Assembly: GCA_013239625.1 (NCBI GenBank)
Contig: MU054187.1
Span: 9,195,231 to 9,259,230 of the forward strand
Direction: 5' to 3'
Length of the DNA stretch: 64,000 nt
Origin: Lama guanicoe
Lineage: Eukaryota
Both the position numbers and the translations under genes were made by a program. Of the stretch, positions 63,368-64,000 are shown piece after piece. The notes under the pieces were generated by a model. That model was not told the DNA's origin. It did not search any database and saw nothing but the letters and a program-made list of their open reading frames with translations. Numbering within the stretch: the stretch's first letter is position 1; the number at the start of each line of letters is the position of its first letter.

Positions 63368-63884
63368 TCTATTAGGGTTCTCCAGAGAAACTGAACCAAT
63401 AGGAAACCTATCTATCTATATATCTGTGTGTAATCTATTATAAGGAATTGGCTCATGCAATCATAGAGGCTGACAAGTCCCAGGATCTGCAGTCAGCATG
63501 CTGGAGACGCAGGGGAGCTAATAGGGTAGTTCCAGTCCAAATGCCAGCAGGCTAGATATCCAGGAAATGCCAATGTTTTAGTTAAAGTTTGAAGGCAGAA
63601 AACAAAACAAAACAAAACAAAACTGATGTCCCAGTCCAAAGCAATCTGGCAGGGGAAATTTCCTCTTCCTTGCAGGAGGGTCAGCCTTTTTATTTTATCC
63701 AGTTCTTCAACTGATTGGGTTGGGCCCACCCACTTAGGGAGGGCAATCTGTTTTACTCAGTCTACTGATTCAAATGTTAATCTCATCAAAAAACACCCTC
63801 ACAGATACATCCAGAATAGTGTTTGACCAATCATCTAGGGACCTCATGGCCCAGTCAAGTTGACAAATAAAATTAACTGTCATA
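63368..63884 (-). mobile_element. MLT2B-like ERVL solo LTR
   Basis: agggttctccagagaaac...ataaggaattggctca...cccagtcaagttgacaaataaaattaac. Confidence 0.88.
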
Positions 63885-64000
63885 TCTACTATGTCACAAA
63901 TAGGCTCAGTAATTGTCTTTTTAATTGCCACAAGAACACATATGAAAAGTAGTCTTATTCCCATTTGTTCAATAGATGCTTATTCAGTAAATGTCTGTAC

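Noticed and set aside
1..64000. CRISPR array, operon or other prokaryotic/viral system
   Set aside because: CpG-depleted mammalian DNA with no repeat-spacer arrays, no long ORFs and no gag/pol/env coding remnants detected

Overview
Mammalian genomic DNA, most likely camelid. That assignment is inferred from a Vic-1-type tRNA-derived SINE at about 50.4 kb and from camelid-type L1 3' ends. A large share of the window is interspersed repeat: L1, L2, MIR, MaLR/ERVL LTRs and hAT/MER elements. None of the supplied ORFs is a stand-alone gene; the only recognisable ones are L1 ORF1/ORF2 remnants. The main signal lies in the repeat-free gaps on the minus strand: a chain of about 15-20 short AG...GT exon-like segments from about 53.3 kb down to 0.84 kb, probably continuing beyond the window. 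Their splice phases join into one reading frame, but that frame carries at least 5 in-frame stop codons and possibly a dead splice acceptor. The best reading is a decayed, intron-containing (unitary or duplicated) pseudogene of a large protein I cannot identify. Secondary observations are a tailless 5S rRNA retro-fragment with a 19-bp target-site duplication (TSD), an ancient LTR-int-LTR MaLR provirus, a 5'-intact but internally deleted L1, and nested insertions. All exon calls are by eye. Repeat family names are from recall and repeat boundaries are approximate; no database search was run.
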